Source of the DNA: Chloroflexota bacterium
GTDB taxonomy: Bacteria; Chloroflexota; Limnocylindria; Limnocylindrales; CSP1-4
Reading direction: 5' to 3'
Length of the DNA stretch: 64,000 nucleotides
Assembly: GCA_045804645.1 (NCBI GenBank)
Contig: JBJMMR010000042.1
Location: 18,184 to 82,183 of the forward strand
Under the pieces are notes generated by a model. It was given only the letters and a program-made list of their open reading frames with translations. It was not told the origin of the DNA and ran no database searches. Below, piece after piece: positions 45,868-54,800 of this stretch. Position 1 is the first letter of the stretch; every line of letters starts with the position of its first letter. The translations under genes and the position numbers were made by a program.

Positions 45868-47214
45868 TCACCGGCCGATCACGACGATCGCGGCCGCGGT
45901 CACGAACAGATTCAACAGCGACGCCGGTAGGAGCCATTTCCAGGCGAAGCCCATCAGCTGGTCGATCCGCACGCGCGGCAGCGTGCCGCGCATCCACACG
46001 AACGTGAACACGAGGACGTACGTCTTGAGCATGAACCAGAGGATACCGGCGACCCAGTTCAGCCCGATGTACGCCCATGCGAGCGCGATCGTGACGATGA
46101 ACAGGTTGGCCAGCGCGAAGCCGATCAGGAGCGCCTGCCACCACTTGATGCGCGAGCTCAGCAGCCAGAAGGGCGCGGCGAACAACAGCGTCAGGACCAC
46201 CGGAGCCAGCCCGATGATGAACAGCAGTCCGATGTTGAACGAGGCCGGGTCGAGGCTCAGCTGGACCTGCCAGGCTTCCGGGAACGCGAACGGGGCGTTC
46301 CAGCCGCCGAGGAAGAGCGTCACGAACAACGCCGATACGATGAAGACGTTCACGTACTCGGCGAAGAAGAAGAAGCCGAACCGCATCCCGGAGTACTCCG
46401 TCGCGAACCCGGCCACGATCTCGGAGTCCGCCTCCGTCAGGTCGAAGGGCGTGCGGTTCGCTTCGGCGGTCGCCGCGATGAAGAAGATCAGCGCGCCGAG
46501 CGGCTGTTGGAAGATGTACCAGTCGGTGAACCAGCCCTGCTGGTTCTCGACGATCTGATTGAGGCTCATCGTCCCGGCGAGCAAAAGCAGTCCGACGACG
46601 GACAGCGTGAGCGGGATCTCGTAGCTCACGATCTGAGCGGCGGCGCGCAGCCCGCCGAGCAACGAGTACTTGTTGTAGCTCGACCAGCCGGCCATCAGGA
46701 GCCCGACCACACCGAGCCCGCTGACCGCGAAGAAGTAGAGCAGCCCGATGTTGAGGTCGGCGCCGTAGAGGCCCGGCGCGAACGGGATGACGAGCAGCGT
46801 CATCACGCTGGCGAGATAGACGACGACGGGCGCCCACGTGAAGACCACAGAGTCGGCGCCGGTCGGCGTGAAGTCCTCCTTCATGAGGACCTTCAGTCCG
46901 TGGACCACGGACAGCAGCGACCCGAACGGCCCGACGCGGTCCGGCCCGATCCGAAGATTCATCAGGGCGATGATCTTCATCTCCATGTAGATGATCAGGA
47001 ATGCGGTCGGGACCGTGATCAGCAGGATGACCGTGGCGGCCACCACGAACCGGACGATCGGCAGGTTCGCAGCGAGGGTGTCGATCGCGAGCTGCCCGAA
47101 CGCCGTGATCAGGATGATCAGCGCTGCGATCCCGACGACCAGCAGCGGCACGAGGATGAACAGGAACTTCCCGGGCAGGGTCAGCCGGTTCCAGCCGCGC
47201 GAGACGACCGTCAT
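45868..47214 (-). CDS. nuoH: NADH-quinone oxidoreductase subunit H
   Basis: 448 aa; …GWSSYNKYSLLGGLRAAAQIVSYEIPL… and …RTPFDLTEADSEIVAGFATEYSG… NuoH signatures; N-terminal ~50-aa extension relative to typical NuoH. Confidence 0.9.
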   Translation of the reverse strand: MTVVSRGWNRLTLPGKFLFILVPLLVVGIAALIILITAFGQLAIDTLAANLPIVRFVVAATVILLITVPTAFLIIYMEMKIIALMNLRIGPDRVGPFGSLLSVVHGLKVLMKEDFTPTGADSVVFTWAPVVVYLASVMTLLVIPFAPGLYGADLNIGLLYFFAVSGLGVVGLLMAGWSSYNKYSLLGGLRAAAQIVSYEIPLTLSVVGLLLLAGTMSLNQIVENQQGWFTDWYIFQQPLGALIFFIAATAEANRTPFDLTEADSEIVAGFATEYSGMRFGFFFFAEYVNVFIVSALFVTLFLGGWNAPFAFPEAWQVQLSLDPASFNIGLLFIIGLAPVVLTLLFAAPFWLLSSRIKWWQALLIGFALANLFIVTIALAWAYIGLNWVAGILWFMLKTYVLVFTFVWMRGTLPRVRIDQLMGFAWKWLLPASLLNLFVTAAAIVVIGR

Positions 47215-47245
47215 CGCGAACGACCTCGCGCACTGCGCCTATGGG

Positions 47246-48520
47246 TCACTTATCTACCCCGCCCATGATCGGATCGAGCGAGGCCATGATTGCCATGGTG
47301 TCGGCGACGAGATGCCCCGGCATCATCAGCCCGACCGACTCCAGATGCAGGAACGACGGGTCGTGGATCCGCATCCGGAACGGCTGGTCCGTTCCGTCAC
47401 TGATCGCGTAGACCGCGTACTGCCCTCGTGGCGCCTCGATGCCCGCGTAGGCGCGACCCGGACGCGGCCGAAGCAGCCGCGGCAGCTTCGCCATCACCGG
47501 GCCGTCGGGCATCTGGTGCAGGCACTGGTCGATGATGCGCAGGCTCTGCTTGATCTCGTCCATCCGCAGGAGGTAACGGGCGAGGCAGTCACCCTCCTGG
47601 CGCGTCGGGATGTCGAAATCGAGCTCCGGGTAGATGCTGTAGGGGTGTGCGCGACGCATGTCGAACGGCACCCCGGTCGCCCGGAGGTTCGGTCCGCTCA
47701 TCGTCATCCGTAGCGCCGTCTTCGAGTCGATCCTGCCAAGACCGCGCATCCGGCGGACGAAGATCTCGTTCTCGTTGAGCAGCGTGTTGCCGGCCTCGAT
47801 CTGCTCGGTCGCGTGGCTCATCCAGTCGCCGAGGCGGCTCATGAACTCGTGGTTCAGATCGCCGTTCACCCCGCCGATGCGGAAGTAGTTGAAGAGCATC
47901 CGCTGGCCGGTGAGCGAGGCGAGCATCTCGACGATCGTGTCGCGCTCGATGAACGACCACAGGATCGGCGTGAGACCCCCGAGGTCGAGGGCCATCCAGC
48001 CGAGGAACAGCGAATGGCTCGCGATCCGGTTCAGCTCCGCGGAGAGCACCCGGATGTATTCAGCGCGTCGCGGGACCTGGACGTCGAGCAGCTTCTCGAA
48101 CGCCATGACGCCGGGCCACTCGCAGAACAGTGCGCTGACGTACTCGAGCGGGTCGAGATAGGCGATCGAGTGGTGGTAGTCGGCGTTCTCGCAGAGCTTC
48201 TCGACGCCGCGATGCAGATACCCCAGCACGGGGTCCAGGTCGACGACCTTCTCACCGTCGAGCTTGAGGACGACGCGGAGCACGCCGTGCGTCGACGGGT
48301 GTTGCGGACCCATGTTGAGGAACATCTCGCCGTCTCGCAGCGTGTAGAACTCCGCCTCGCGCTCGGTTCGCGGCGGATACGGAGGCACCGGTTCGAACAC
48401 GCCCAGCTCGCGGTCGAGCTGGACGCGGGGGTCGTCGGGCGCGCCCGCGAAGGCGTCGTCGCCCAGGCTGCTCGTGCGCTGACTACCGGCGGCGTCGGGG
48501 CGGGGAGTGGTAGCGGTCAT
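47246..48520 (-). CDS. nuoD: NADH-quinone oxidoreductase subunit D (49-kDa)
   Basis: Start trimmed to MTATTPRPDAAG… (track ORF 5' extension overlaps nuoC); …LNMGPQHPSTHGVLRVVLKLDGE…ASLDPIMGGVDK. Confidence 0.9.
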   Translation of the reverse strand: MTATTPRPDAAGSQRTSSLGDDAFAGAPDDPRVQLDRELGVFEPVPPYPPRTEREAEFYTLRDGEMFLNMGPQHPSTHGVLRVVLKLDGEKVVDLDPVLGYLHRGVEKLCENADYHHSIAYLDPLEYVSALFCEWPGVMAFEKLLDVQVPRRAEYIRVLSAELNRIASHSLFLGWMALDLGGLTPILWSFIERDTIVEMLASLTGQRMLFNYFRIGGVNGDLNHEFMSRLGDWMSHATEQIEAGNTLLNENEIFVRRMRGLGRIDSKTALRMTMSGPNLRATGVPFDMRRAHPYSIYPELDFDIPTRQEGDCLARYLLRMDEIKQSLRIIDQCLHQMPDGPVMAKLPRLLRPRPGRAYAGIEAPRGQYAVYAISDGTDQPFRMRIHDPSFLHLESVGLMMPGHLVADTMAIMASLDPIMGGVDK

Positions 48521-48539
48521 CGGCGTTCCTTCGGCCGGC

Positions 48540-49094
48540 TCACGTACCGGGACTGATCCGGCGGACCTTGCCGGTCGCGACGGTCTCACGTGGCGCGTGG
48601 GTCTGCTCCATGTGGCGGACGCCCGCACCCGGGGACCGGGCGGCGTCGTCGGCGAGGTAGAAGTCCTTGCGGAGCGGGAAGCTCTGATAGTCCGGCGGCA
48701 TGTAGATGCGCCGCAGGTCTCGGTTGCCTTCGAACGTGATCCCGAACATGTCGTAGGCTTCGCGCTCCATCCACTCGGCGCCCTTCCACATGAAGGTGAC
48801 CGACGGGACACGCGGGTCCTCGCGGGACAGGCCGTCGACGATGACGCGCAGCCAGTCCGGTGTCGTCGGGCTCCAGAGGTGGTACACGACCTGCATCACC
48901 TCGCCCGTATCGACGCCGCATAGATCGGCGAGGAACTCGAACGCGAACTCGGGTTCGTCGTGGAGCGCCGTGATCACCGGGACGACGTCACCGGCGCTGA
49001 TGCGCACCTCGGTCTCGTCATGGCGCTGCCGGACCGGGCCGGTCAGCTGGTCGCCGAAGCGCCGCTCGAGGCGGGCCTTGAACGATCGGTCCAT
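48540..49094 (-). CDS. nuoC: NADH-quinone oxidoreductase subunit C (30-kDa)
   Basis: 184 aa; …EREAYDMFGITFEGNRDLRRIYMPPDYQSFPLRKDF… NuoC signature. Confidence 0.9.
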   Translation of the reverse strand: MDRSFKARLERRFGDQLTGPVRQRHDETEVRISAGDVVPVITALHDEPEFAFEFLADLCGVDTGEVMQVVYHLWSPTTPDWLRVIVDGLSREDPRVPSVTFMWKGAEWMEREAYDMFGITFEGNRDLRRIYMPPDYQSFPLRKDFYLADDAARSPGAGVRHMEQTHAPRETVATGKVRRISPGT

Positions 49095-49095
49095 G

Positions 49096-49860
49096 TCAGA
49101 TCTGCGCGGGGACCGTCGGGCCGATCGGTCGCTCCGGCCAATGGCCGCGGCGATCCTTGACCAGCTGCTGGAGCTTCATCATCCCGAAGATGAGCCCCTC
49201 GGGACGGGGCGGGCAGCCGGGCACGTAGACATCGACCGGCATCACGCGGTCGATCCCCTCGACCGTGGAGTAGCTCCGCTTGTAGCGGCCGCCCGAGCAC
49301 GTGCAATCGCCCATCGCGACGCACCACTTCGGCTCCGGCATCTGCTCCCAGAGGCGGACGAGGGGTCCTGCCATCTTCGTCGTGAGCGTCCCCGCGACGA
49401 TTAGGACGTCGGCCTGGCGCGGGCTGGCGCGGAACGGGAACATGCCCCAGCGATCCATGTCGTTGCGGGACGTCGCGGCCGACATCATCTCGATCGCACA
49501 GCACGCGAGGCCCGACAGTAGCGGCCACAGGCTGTTCATACGGATGAGGTCGAGGACGTAGTCCGCCTTGGTCGGGATGACCTCGAGCGGACCGCTCCAG
49601 CGGGCGTTGTCGCGGCGCCCCGCACCGCTCGCCTCGAACTCGGCGAGGTGGGTGATGGTCGTGGGCTGACCACCCTCATAGGCCATCGGATCCACCGATC
49701 GCCAGAGCGTATTCGGGACGACGATCGGCGCCATGACCTCGTCGCCCGGTCGCGTCGCCGGCAAAGCCGGCTGCGCCGGCACATCGGACGGTATCTCGGT
49801 GGCGTCCGACGGTCCCGCTCCCAACCCGTCGGGGTTGGCGCGGTCCTCATTCACCGCCAT
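49096..49860 (-). CDS. nuoB: NADH-quinone oxidoreductase subunit B (20-kDa, N2 cluster)
   Basis: …[16 protein letters not shown]…[12 protein letters not shown]…[11 protein letters not shown] (four Cys of N2); start assigned to MAVNED (10-nt overlap with nuoA), alternative MAPIVVPN at ~49734; the 294-aa ORF start is an artefactual extension. Confidence 0.85.
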   Translation of the reverse strand: MAVNEDRANPDGLGAGPSDATEIPSDVPAQPALPATRPGDEVMAPIVVPNTLWRSVDPMAYEGGQPTTITHLAEFEASGAGRRDNARWSGPLEVIPTKADYVLDLIRMNSLWPLLSGLACCAIEMMSAATSRNDMDRWGMFPFRASPRQADVLIVAGTLTTKMAGPLVRLWEQMPEPKWCVAMGDCTCSGGRYKRSYSTVEGIDRVMPVDVYVPGCPPRPEGLIFGMMKLQQLVKDRRGHWPERPIGPTVPAQI

Positions 49861-50216
49861 GTCAGGGCTCCCTTCCGCCACGCATACGCGAGGCCGAGCA
49901 ACAGGATCAGGACGAACACGACCATGCTGATGAACAGCCCGGCCGGGTTCAGATTGGGGTCTTTGAACACGATGGCCCACAGGTAGATGAAGATCACCTC
50001 GATGTCGAACGCGACGAAGAGCAGCGCGTAGATATAGAAGGACAGGCCGAATCGCCCATGGGTGTCGCCGTAGGTGTCGATACCGGACTCGTAGGGCAGG
50101 CCCTTGTGGACGTCACCCTTGTTCCGATGGGAGACGAGCCAGGCCGCCCCGATCGTAAGGAACACGAACGACACGCCGGCGAAGGCGAAGCCCACGACGT
50201 ACCAGAGCTGTTCCAA
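49851..50216 (-). CDS. nuoA: NADH-quinone oxidoreductase subunit A
   Basis: 121 aa, three TM; …[40 protein letters not shown]… NuoA signature; first gene of operon. Confidence 0.9.
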   Translation of the reverse strand: MEQLWYVVGFAFAGVSFVFLTIGAAWLVSHRNKGDVHKGLPYESGIDTYGDTHGRFGLSFYIYALLFVAFDIEVIFIYLWAIVFKDPNLNPAGLFISMVVFVLILLLGLAYAWRKGALTWR

Positions 50217-50458
50217 TCGAACTCCCTTCGGGACGGTAGAGAGGCGTCGGGCAGGGGCGTCTCCGTGGAGGCGCCACGCACAAGCATTCTACCAGTGGGA
50301 ACGGCCGGACCGGGTCGGCCAGCACGGCCGCGATCCGCCTCGGCGAGGCGCCGCGGCGAGGGTCGCAGCGCGCACGGATCGGCAGAGGAGGTGGGCCGAT
50401 CCGGGGTCGGACGCGCAGCGCTGACGTTGTGTCATCCGACACCGTCGGGCACCGCTGC

Positions 50459-50507
50459 GGGGAGCGCGACGCGCCGAGCGCGCGTGCAGGTTCGCGTCGC
50501 GCTCCCC
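50459..50507. terminator. 15-bp perfect inverted repeat (ggggagcgcgacgcg…cgcgtcgcgctcccc, 18-nt spacer): candidate midA terminator and/or nuo regulatory operator
   Basis: Directly read from sequence; lies ~75 nt downstream of the midA-like gene stop and ~245 nt upstream of the nuoA start. Confidence 0.3.
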
Positions 50508-50581
50508 GTCGCGATGCGGTCGTGCGACGACCATCTGAAGCGTGAGGGCCAGCCGGCCGTGACGGCAATACGGCATTCGCC

Positions 50582-51772
50582 CTAGTCGGTGGTGCTCCGG
50601 GGTCGAGCGAGCCGGTAGTCGAGCAGGCGAGGCGTCCTCCCCGCCGGCCACGCCCGCCCGAAGACCATGACACGGAACCGGCCCATCGCGGCAGGATCGA
50701 GGAGGCGCAGCAGGCTCGCACGGAGAAGCACGTACGCCTCGATGGTCGTTCCTGGATCCGACCGGATCTCGCCGAGCCGTTCCTCGATGCCGAGCGCCAT
50801 CAGCGCCTCCGCCTGGGTCGTCAGCCCGAGGGTCGTCAGACCGGCGGCTTCGGCCGCTCGCTGGATGGCCGTGACGTCGACGTGGGCGGTGAGGTCCTGC
50901 CGGCCGACGAACCGGTACGGATCGTCACTGACCTGGTGACGGACATACGCCTGGAGCGTGCCGTCGCGCCGTCGGGCGGGGTCGTAGAGCTCCGCCGCCG
51001 ACGCTCCGTAGTCGATGAGGATCAGCAGGCCGCGACGAAGCGGTGAAGCGACATCTCGGATCCAATCGTCCACCCCGAGCGCGATCTCGGCCGTCTGCCC
51101 GTTCACGAGCTCGATGTGTTCGACGTCCAGGCGCTCCGCCAACATCGGCGAGGTCGGGTCGATCTCGACTTCGACGAGCTGACCGTCCGTCCCGACGGCG
51201 ACGGCAACCTCGCGAAGCGCACCACCACGCTGGCGGACACGGTGGACCGGCAGGGCGTCGAGCACCTCGTTCGCGACGATGACGCCATCGAACGGCGCGG
51301 GTAGCGGATCGAGGAGGCGTTCTCGGAGGCCGGCGTCCGCCAGACGCCTCTGGAGTGCGGCGGTCCGCCGCTCGTCGACGTCGACTGCGTGGTAGGCGAT
51401 CACCGCGGGCAGGGTTGTCAGCATCGGCACCGCGAGGGCGCCCTCGCCAGCGCCGTGCTCGACGACGATGAACGGTTCCGGCTGGCCGAGTGCCACCCAC
51501 GCGTCGGCGACGGCCTTCCCGATCAGTTCGCCGAAGATCGGATGGAGCTCGGGCGCGGTGATGAAGTCGCCGCCTCGGCCCGGCCGCGCCTCGGGCGAAC
51601 GGTAGTAGCCGCCCTCCGGGTCGTAGAGCGCCAGCTCCATGAAGCGCGCGAACGGCATCGGACCGGCCGCATGGATCTCGGCGCGGATCCGCTTGGCGAG
51701 CCCGGCGTCGTCGGCGAGGTCCGAGAGATCCGTGGCCGGTTCGCGTCGAAGCTCGGGTCGGAAGCCAGTCAC
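50582..51772 (-). CDS. SAM-dependent methyltransferase of the MidA/NDUFAF7 (DUF185) family
   Basis: 396 aa; …PMPFARFMELALYDPEGGYYRS…GDFITAPELHPIFGELIG…VVEHGAGEGALAV…IVANEVLDALPVHRV… matches the COG1565/DUF185 pattern of the mitochondrial complex I assembly factor 7 homologs. Confidence 0.7.
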   Translation of the reverse strand: MTGFRPELRREPATDLSDLADDAGLAKRIRAEIHAAGPMPFARFMELALYDPEGGYYRSPEARPGRGGDFITAPELHPIFGELIGKAVADAWVALGQPEPFIVVEHGAGEGALAVPMLTTLPAVIAYHAVDVDERRTAALQRRLADAGLRERLLDPLPAPFDGVIVANEVLDALPVHRVRQRGGALREVAVAVGTDGQLVEVEIDPTSPMLAERLDVEHIELVNGQTAEIALGVDDWIRDVASPLRRGLLILIDYGASAAELYDPARRRDGTLQAYVRHQVSDDPYRFVGRQDLTAHVDVTAIQRAAEAAGLTTLGLTTQAEALMALGIEERLGEIRSDPGTTIEAYVLLRASLLRLLDPAAMGRFRVMVFGRAWPAGRTPRLLDYRLARPRSTTD

Positions 51773-51781
51773 GGTCGGATG

Positions 51782-52831
51782 CTATCGACCGTGCCGGAGC
51801 GCCAGCGGCAGGCCCGGTCCGACCAGGCTATGGCCGCCGAACAGGATGGGCACCGCTGCCGCCACGGCCGCTGCGGTCAACGCGTGGAGCCATGGATCCG
51901 CGACGCGTTCGGCGAGCAGCAGATCCGAGGCGAAGCGATCCTCCGGCGCCGGCCAACTCCGCTCGTCGCCGCCGAATCGATGGGCGAGGAGGACGCGGCT
52001 GTCGATGATCGCGGCGTCGGCGAATCGAGCGACATGCGCCGCCAACGACTCGGCGCCATCCCGTTCGAGGAGTGCGCCGAGGACTGACGCCGCCGGTCGC
52101 TGACCGGGCCGACGCGTCCGCAGCCCGCGCTCCTCGATCAGCGCCCGAGTCCTCGAAGCCGTCTCCCGCTCCAGCCAGGCAAGATCCGCCGCCGAGACGC
52201 GGCCGGCAACCATCAGCTCGGCGTTGGGATCCTCGGCGATCCGGCGAACGCCGGTGATGGCCGATCGGACGTGTTCGACGTCCGCGTCGGCGAGATACGT
52301 CATCCATCGACCGCCAAGAAGCACGAGGTCGAGTGGGCCGTCGATGTCGACGCCGAGTCGACGGCGAGCGCGGCGATCCGAGACCGACACGCCAGCATCC
52401 TCCCCGAGCCAGCGCGGGAGCATGTTGTCGGTCGCGAGGTCGGGCACGTCCGCGACGACGGACCGAGCAAGCGCGATCGCGATGACGTCCGCCGAATATC
52501 GGTTGTTGGTCAGCGCCGCTCCATCCGGGTCTCGCGCCGCGGCGACCAGCTCGCGCCGATCAGCGGCCGTCGCGAGTGGGATCGCGCCGGACCCGAGGAC
52601 GATGAGGCCGCCGTCGCCGCGGACGCGGGCAGCGAGACCGCGAAGCCGCGCCCCGAACGGGACATCGTCGGCGGGCCCGGCATGGAGCGTCGCCCTCGTC
52701 GCACCGGCAGCGAGGAAGCCCAGGCGATGGCGGCGAGCGAGGTCGAGCCGGGCGGCGGATGTCGCTTGTGTCAGCGGCCCGGCTCCACGGCCTGGCTCGA
52801 GGTGCAGGATCGCGACGTCGACGTCGGTCAC
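51782..52831 (-). CDS. Hypothetical protein (Ala/Arg-rich, possibly nucleotide-binding alpha/beta fold)
   Basis: 349-aa ORF with consistent codon bias and tight spacing to midA-like gene; no motif recognised with confidence. Confidence 0.4.
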   Translation of the reverse strand: MTDVDVAILHLEPGRGAGPLTQATSAARLDLARRHRLGFLAAGATRATLHAGPADDVPFGARLRGLAARVRGDGGLIVLGSGAIPLATAADRRELVAAARDPDGAALTNNRYSADVIAIALARSVVADVPDLATDNMLPRWLGEDAGVSVSDRRARRRLGVDIDGPLDLVLLGGRWMTYLADADVEHVRSAITGVRRIAEDPNAELMVAGRVSAADLAWLERETASRTRALIEERGLRTRRPGQRPAASVLGALLERDGAESLAAHVARFADAAIIDSRVLLAHRFGGDERSWPAPEDRFASDLLLAERVADPWLHALTAAAVAAAVPILFGGHSLVGPGLPLALRHGR

Positions 52832-52883
52832 GGGCCGGAGGGGTCCACGGGGAGGCGCATCGCCGGATAGTAAGGTGGCCCCG

Positions 52884-53543
52884 ATGAGCGCCCGCCCGAC
52901 GGTCCGTGCCTACATCGGTCTCGGCGCCAATCTCGGCGACGCTGCGGCGACGATGGCCTCCGGCGTCGCGGCCCTCGAGGCGCTACCCGGTGTGGCGGTC
53001 CGTGGCGTGTCACGCCTCTATGCGACCGCTCCCTGGGGCTTCACGGATCAGCCCGAGTTCCGCAACGCCGCCGCAGGGCTCGACGTGGCGGGCGGGACCG
53101 CCGGCGCGGAGGCGGACGCCCTCGACCTGCTCGCGTCGCTGAAGGCCATCGAACGCAGTGGCGGCCGCCAGGCTCGGGCCCGATGGGGACCGCGCGAGCT
53201 CGACCTCGACCTCCTGTTGTTCGGACGTCATCGCATCGACGTCGACCGGTCGGATGACGCGCGGTCGATCGATGCCGACGCCGACCCGACGAAGGCCGCG
53301 AAGCGGCTCGAGGTGCCCCACCGCCATCTCCGCGAGCGGCTGTTCGTGCTGGCACCGCTCGCCGACCTCGCGCCGCGACTCGTCCCACCCGGCTGGACCG
53401 AGACGATCGACACGCGGCGGCGCATCGTCGCAGCGGCAGAGCCACCCGGAAGCATCCGCGTCGTCGGACAGTGGGACCCGGCTTCCGGGCGGTGGCTCCC
53501 CGCGGGGGACGGCCCGGCGACGTCGTCAGGCGGTGCGAGCTAG
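52884..53543 (+). CDS. folK: 2-amino-4-hydroxy-6-hydroxymethyldihydropteridine pyrophosphokinase (HPPK)
   Basis: Start trimmed to MSARPTVRAYIGLGANLGD…; …WGPRELDLDLLLFG…LEVPHRHLRERLFVLAPL… HPPK signatures; the 439-aa track ORF is a 5' extension. Confidence 0.85.
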   Translation: MSARPTVRAYIGLGANLGDAAATMASGVAALEALPGVAVRGVSRLYATAPWGFTDQPEFRNAAAGLDVAGGTAGAEADALDLLASLKAIERSGGRQARARWGPRELDLDLLLFGRHRIDVDRSDDARSIDADADPTKAAKRLEVPHRHLRERLFVLAPLADLAPRLVPPGWTETIDTRRRIVAAAEPPGSIRVVGQWDPASGRWLPAGDGPATSSGGAS

Positions 53544-54800
53544 GGCTTCTACTGCGCGGACGACGTCCTCGAACGAGGAGTACATCGGGACCGGCGCCAG
53601 GCGGATCAGGTCGGGTTCGCGGACGTCGGCCGCGACATCGAAGGCCTCCAGCGCGAGCAGACGCGCGTGCGCATCGCCGACGCGGACCGACAGCTGGCAG
53701 CCTCGAGCGGGCGGTTCGCGCGGGCTGATGACGGTCGCGTCCGGGACGAACGCCTCGATCAGCCGCTCGAGCTCGCCGGTCAACGCGATCGATCGCTTCC
53801 GCAGGTCCGGCATCCCGATCTCGTCGAACATCGCCATCGAGACCGCGATCGGCGCGAGGGACAGGATCGGCGGGGTCGAGATGCGGAACCCGTCCGCGCC
53901 CCGCCCGGGCACGAACGTCTCCGACATACGGAAGCGCGAGCCCGGATCGTTGCCCCACCAGCCCGCCAGCCGCGGCGTGGCAGGGTCCGTCGCGTGCCGC
54001 TCGTGGACGAACAGTTGCGCGAGCGCTCCGGGACCACTGTTCAGGTACTTGTACGTGCACCAGGCTGCGGCATCGACGTCGGCGTCGTGGAGGGCAAGCG
54101 GGATGTTGCCCGCGGCGTGGGCGAGGTCCCAGATCACAAGGGCGCCCGCGGCATGGACGCGTGCCGTGTGACGCGCGATGTCGAAGATCTGTCCGGTCGC
54201 GTAGTTGACGCCAGCGAGAAGCGTCACCGCGAGCTCGTCGCGATGCCGGTCGATGGCTTCGTCGAGATCGTCGGGACGGACCGTATCCTCGTCCGGCCGC
54301 GGCCTCACCACGATGAGGTCGGTCGCCGGATCGAGACCGTGGTGACGGAGCTGGGACTCGACGACGTACCGGTCGGATGGGAACGTCGGGGCATCGATGA
54401 GGATGCGTCGGCGCGCGCCGTCCGGTCGGAAGAACGATGCGAGGAGCACGTGGAGGTCGATGCTGAGCGTGTTCGCGGTCGTGACCTCGGCCGGGGTCGC
54501 CCCGACCAACCGCGCGGTCGGCTCAGCGAGCTCGCGCTCGACGTCGATCCACGGGCGCTCGGAGTCGAACCAGCCGTCGACTCCGAGGCGCGCCCAAGCG
54601 TCGAGGCGTTCCTCGACCGCCGCGCGTGCACCCTTCGGCTGCGCTCCGAGGCTATTGCCGGCGAGGTACGCCTTCGGCCGTCCATCGCGCGCGACCGGAA
54701 GGTTGAAACGGTCCCGTAGCGCAGCCCATCGGCCGTCGGTGGCGTCGCGCCTGCGGGCTTGTTCGTACTCGGTCTCGAGTGACGACCCGATCGACGTCAC
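53526..54800 (-). CDS. kynU: Kynureninase
   Basis: 424 aa; PLP-fold with …AAWCTYKYLNSGPGALAQLF… (Lys-PLP region) and overall KynU length/architecture. Confidence 0.85.
   Translation of the reverse strand: MTSIGSSLETEYEQARRRDATDGRWAALRDRFNLPVARDGRPKAYLAGNSLGAQPKGARAAVEERLDAWARLGVDGWFDSERPWIDVERELAEPTARLVGATPAEVTTANTLSIDLHVLLASFFRPDGARRRILIDAPTFPSDRYVVESQLRHHGLDPATDLIVVRPRPDEDTVRPDDLDEAIDRHRDELAVTLLAGVNYATGQIFDIARHTARVHAAGALVIWDLAHAAGNIPLALHDADVDAAAWCTYKYLNSGPGALAQLFVHERHATDPATPRLAGWWGNDPGSRFRMSETFVPGRGADGFRISTPPILSLAPIAVSMAMFDEIGMPDLRKRSIALTGELERLIEAFVPDATVISPREPPARGCQLSVRVGDAHARLLALEAFDVAADVREPDLIRLAPVPMYSSFEDVVRAVEALARTA

Noticed and set aside
45860-47233. 457-aa minus ORF overlapping nuoH in another frame
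   Set aside because: Nonsense R/G-rich translation; nuoH frame 45868..47214 is the coherent one
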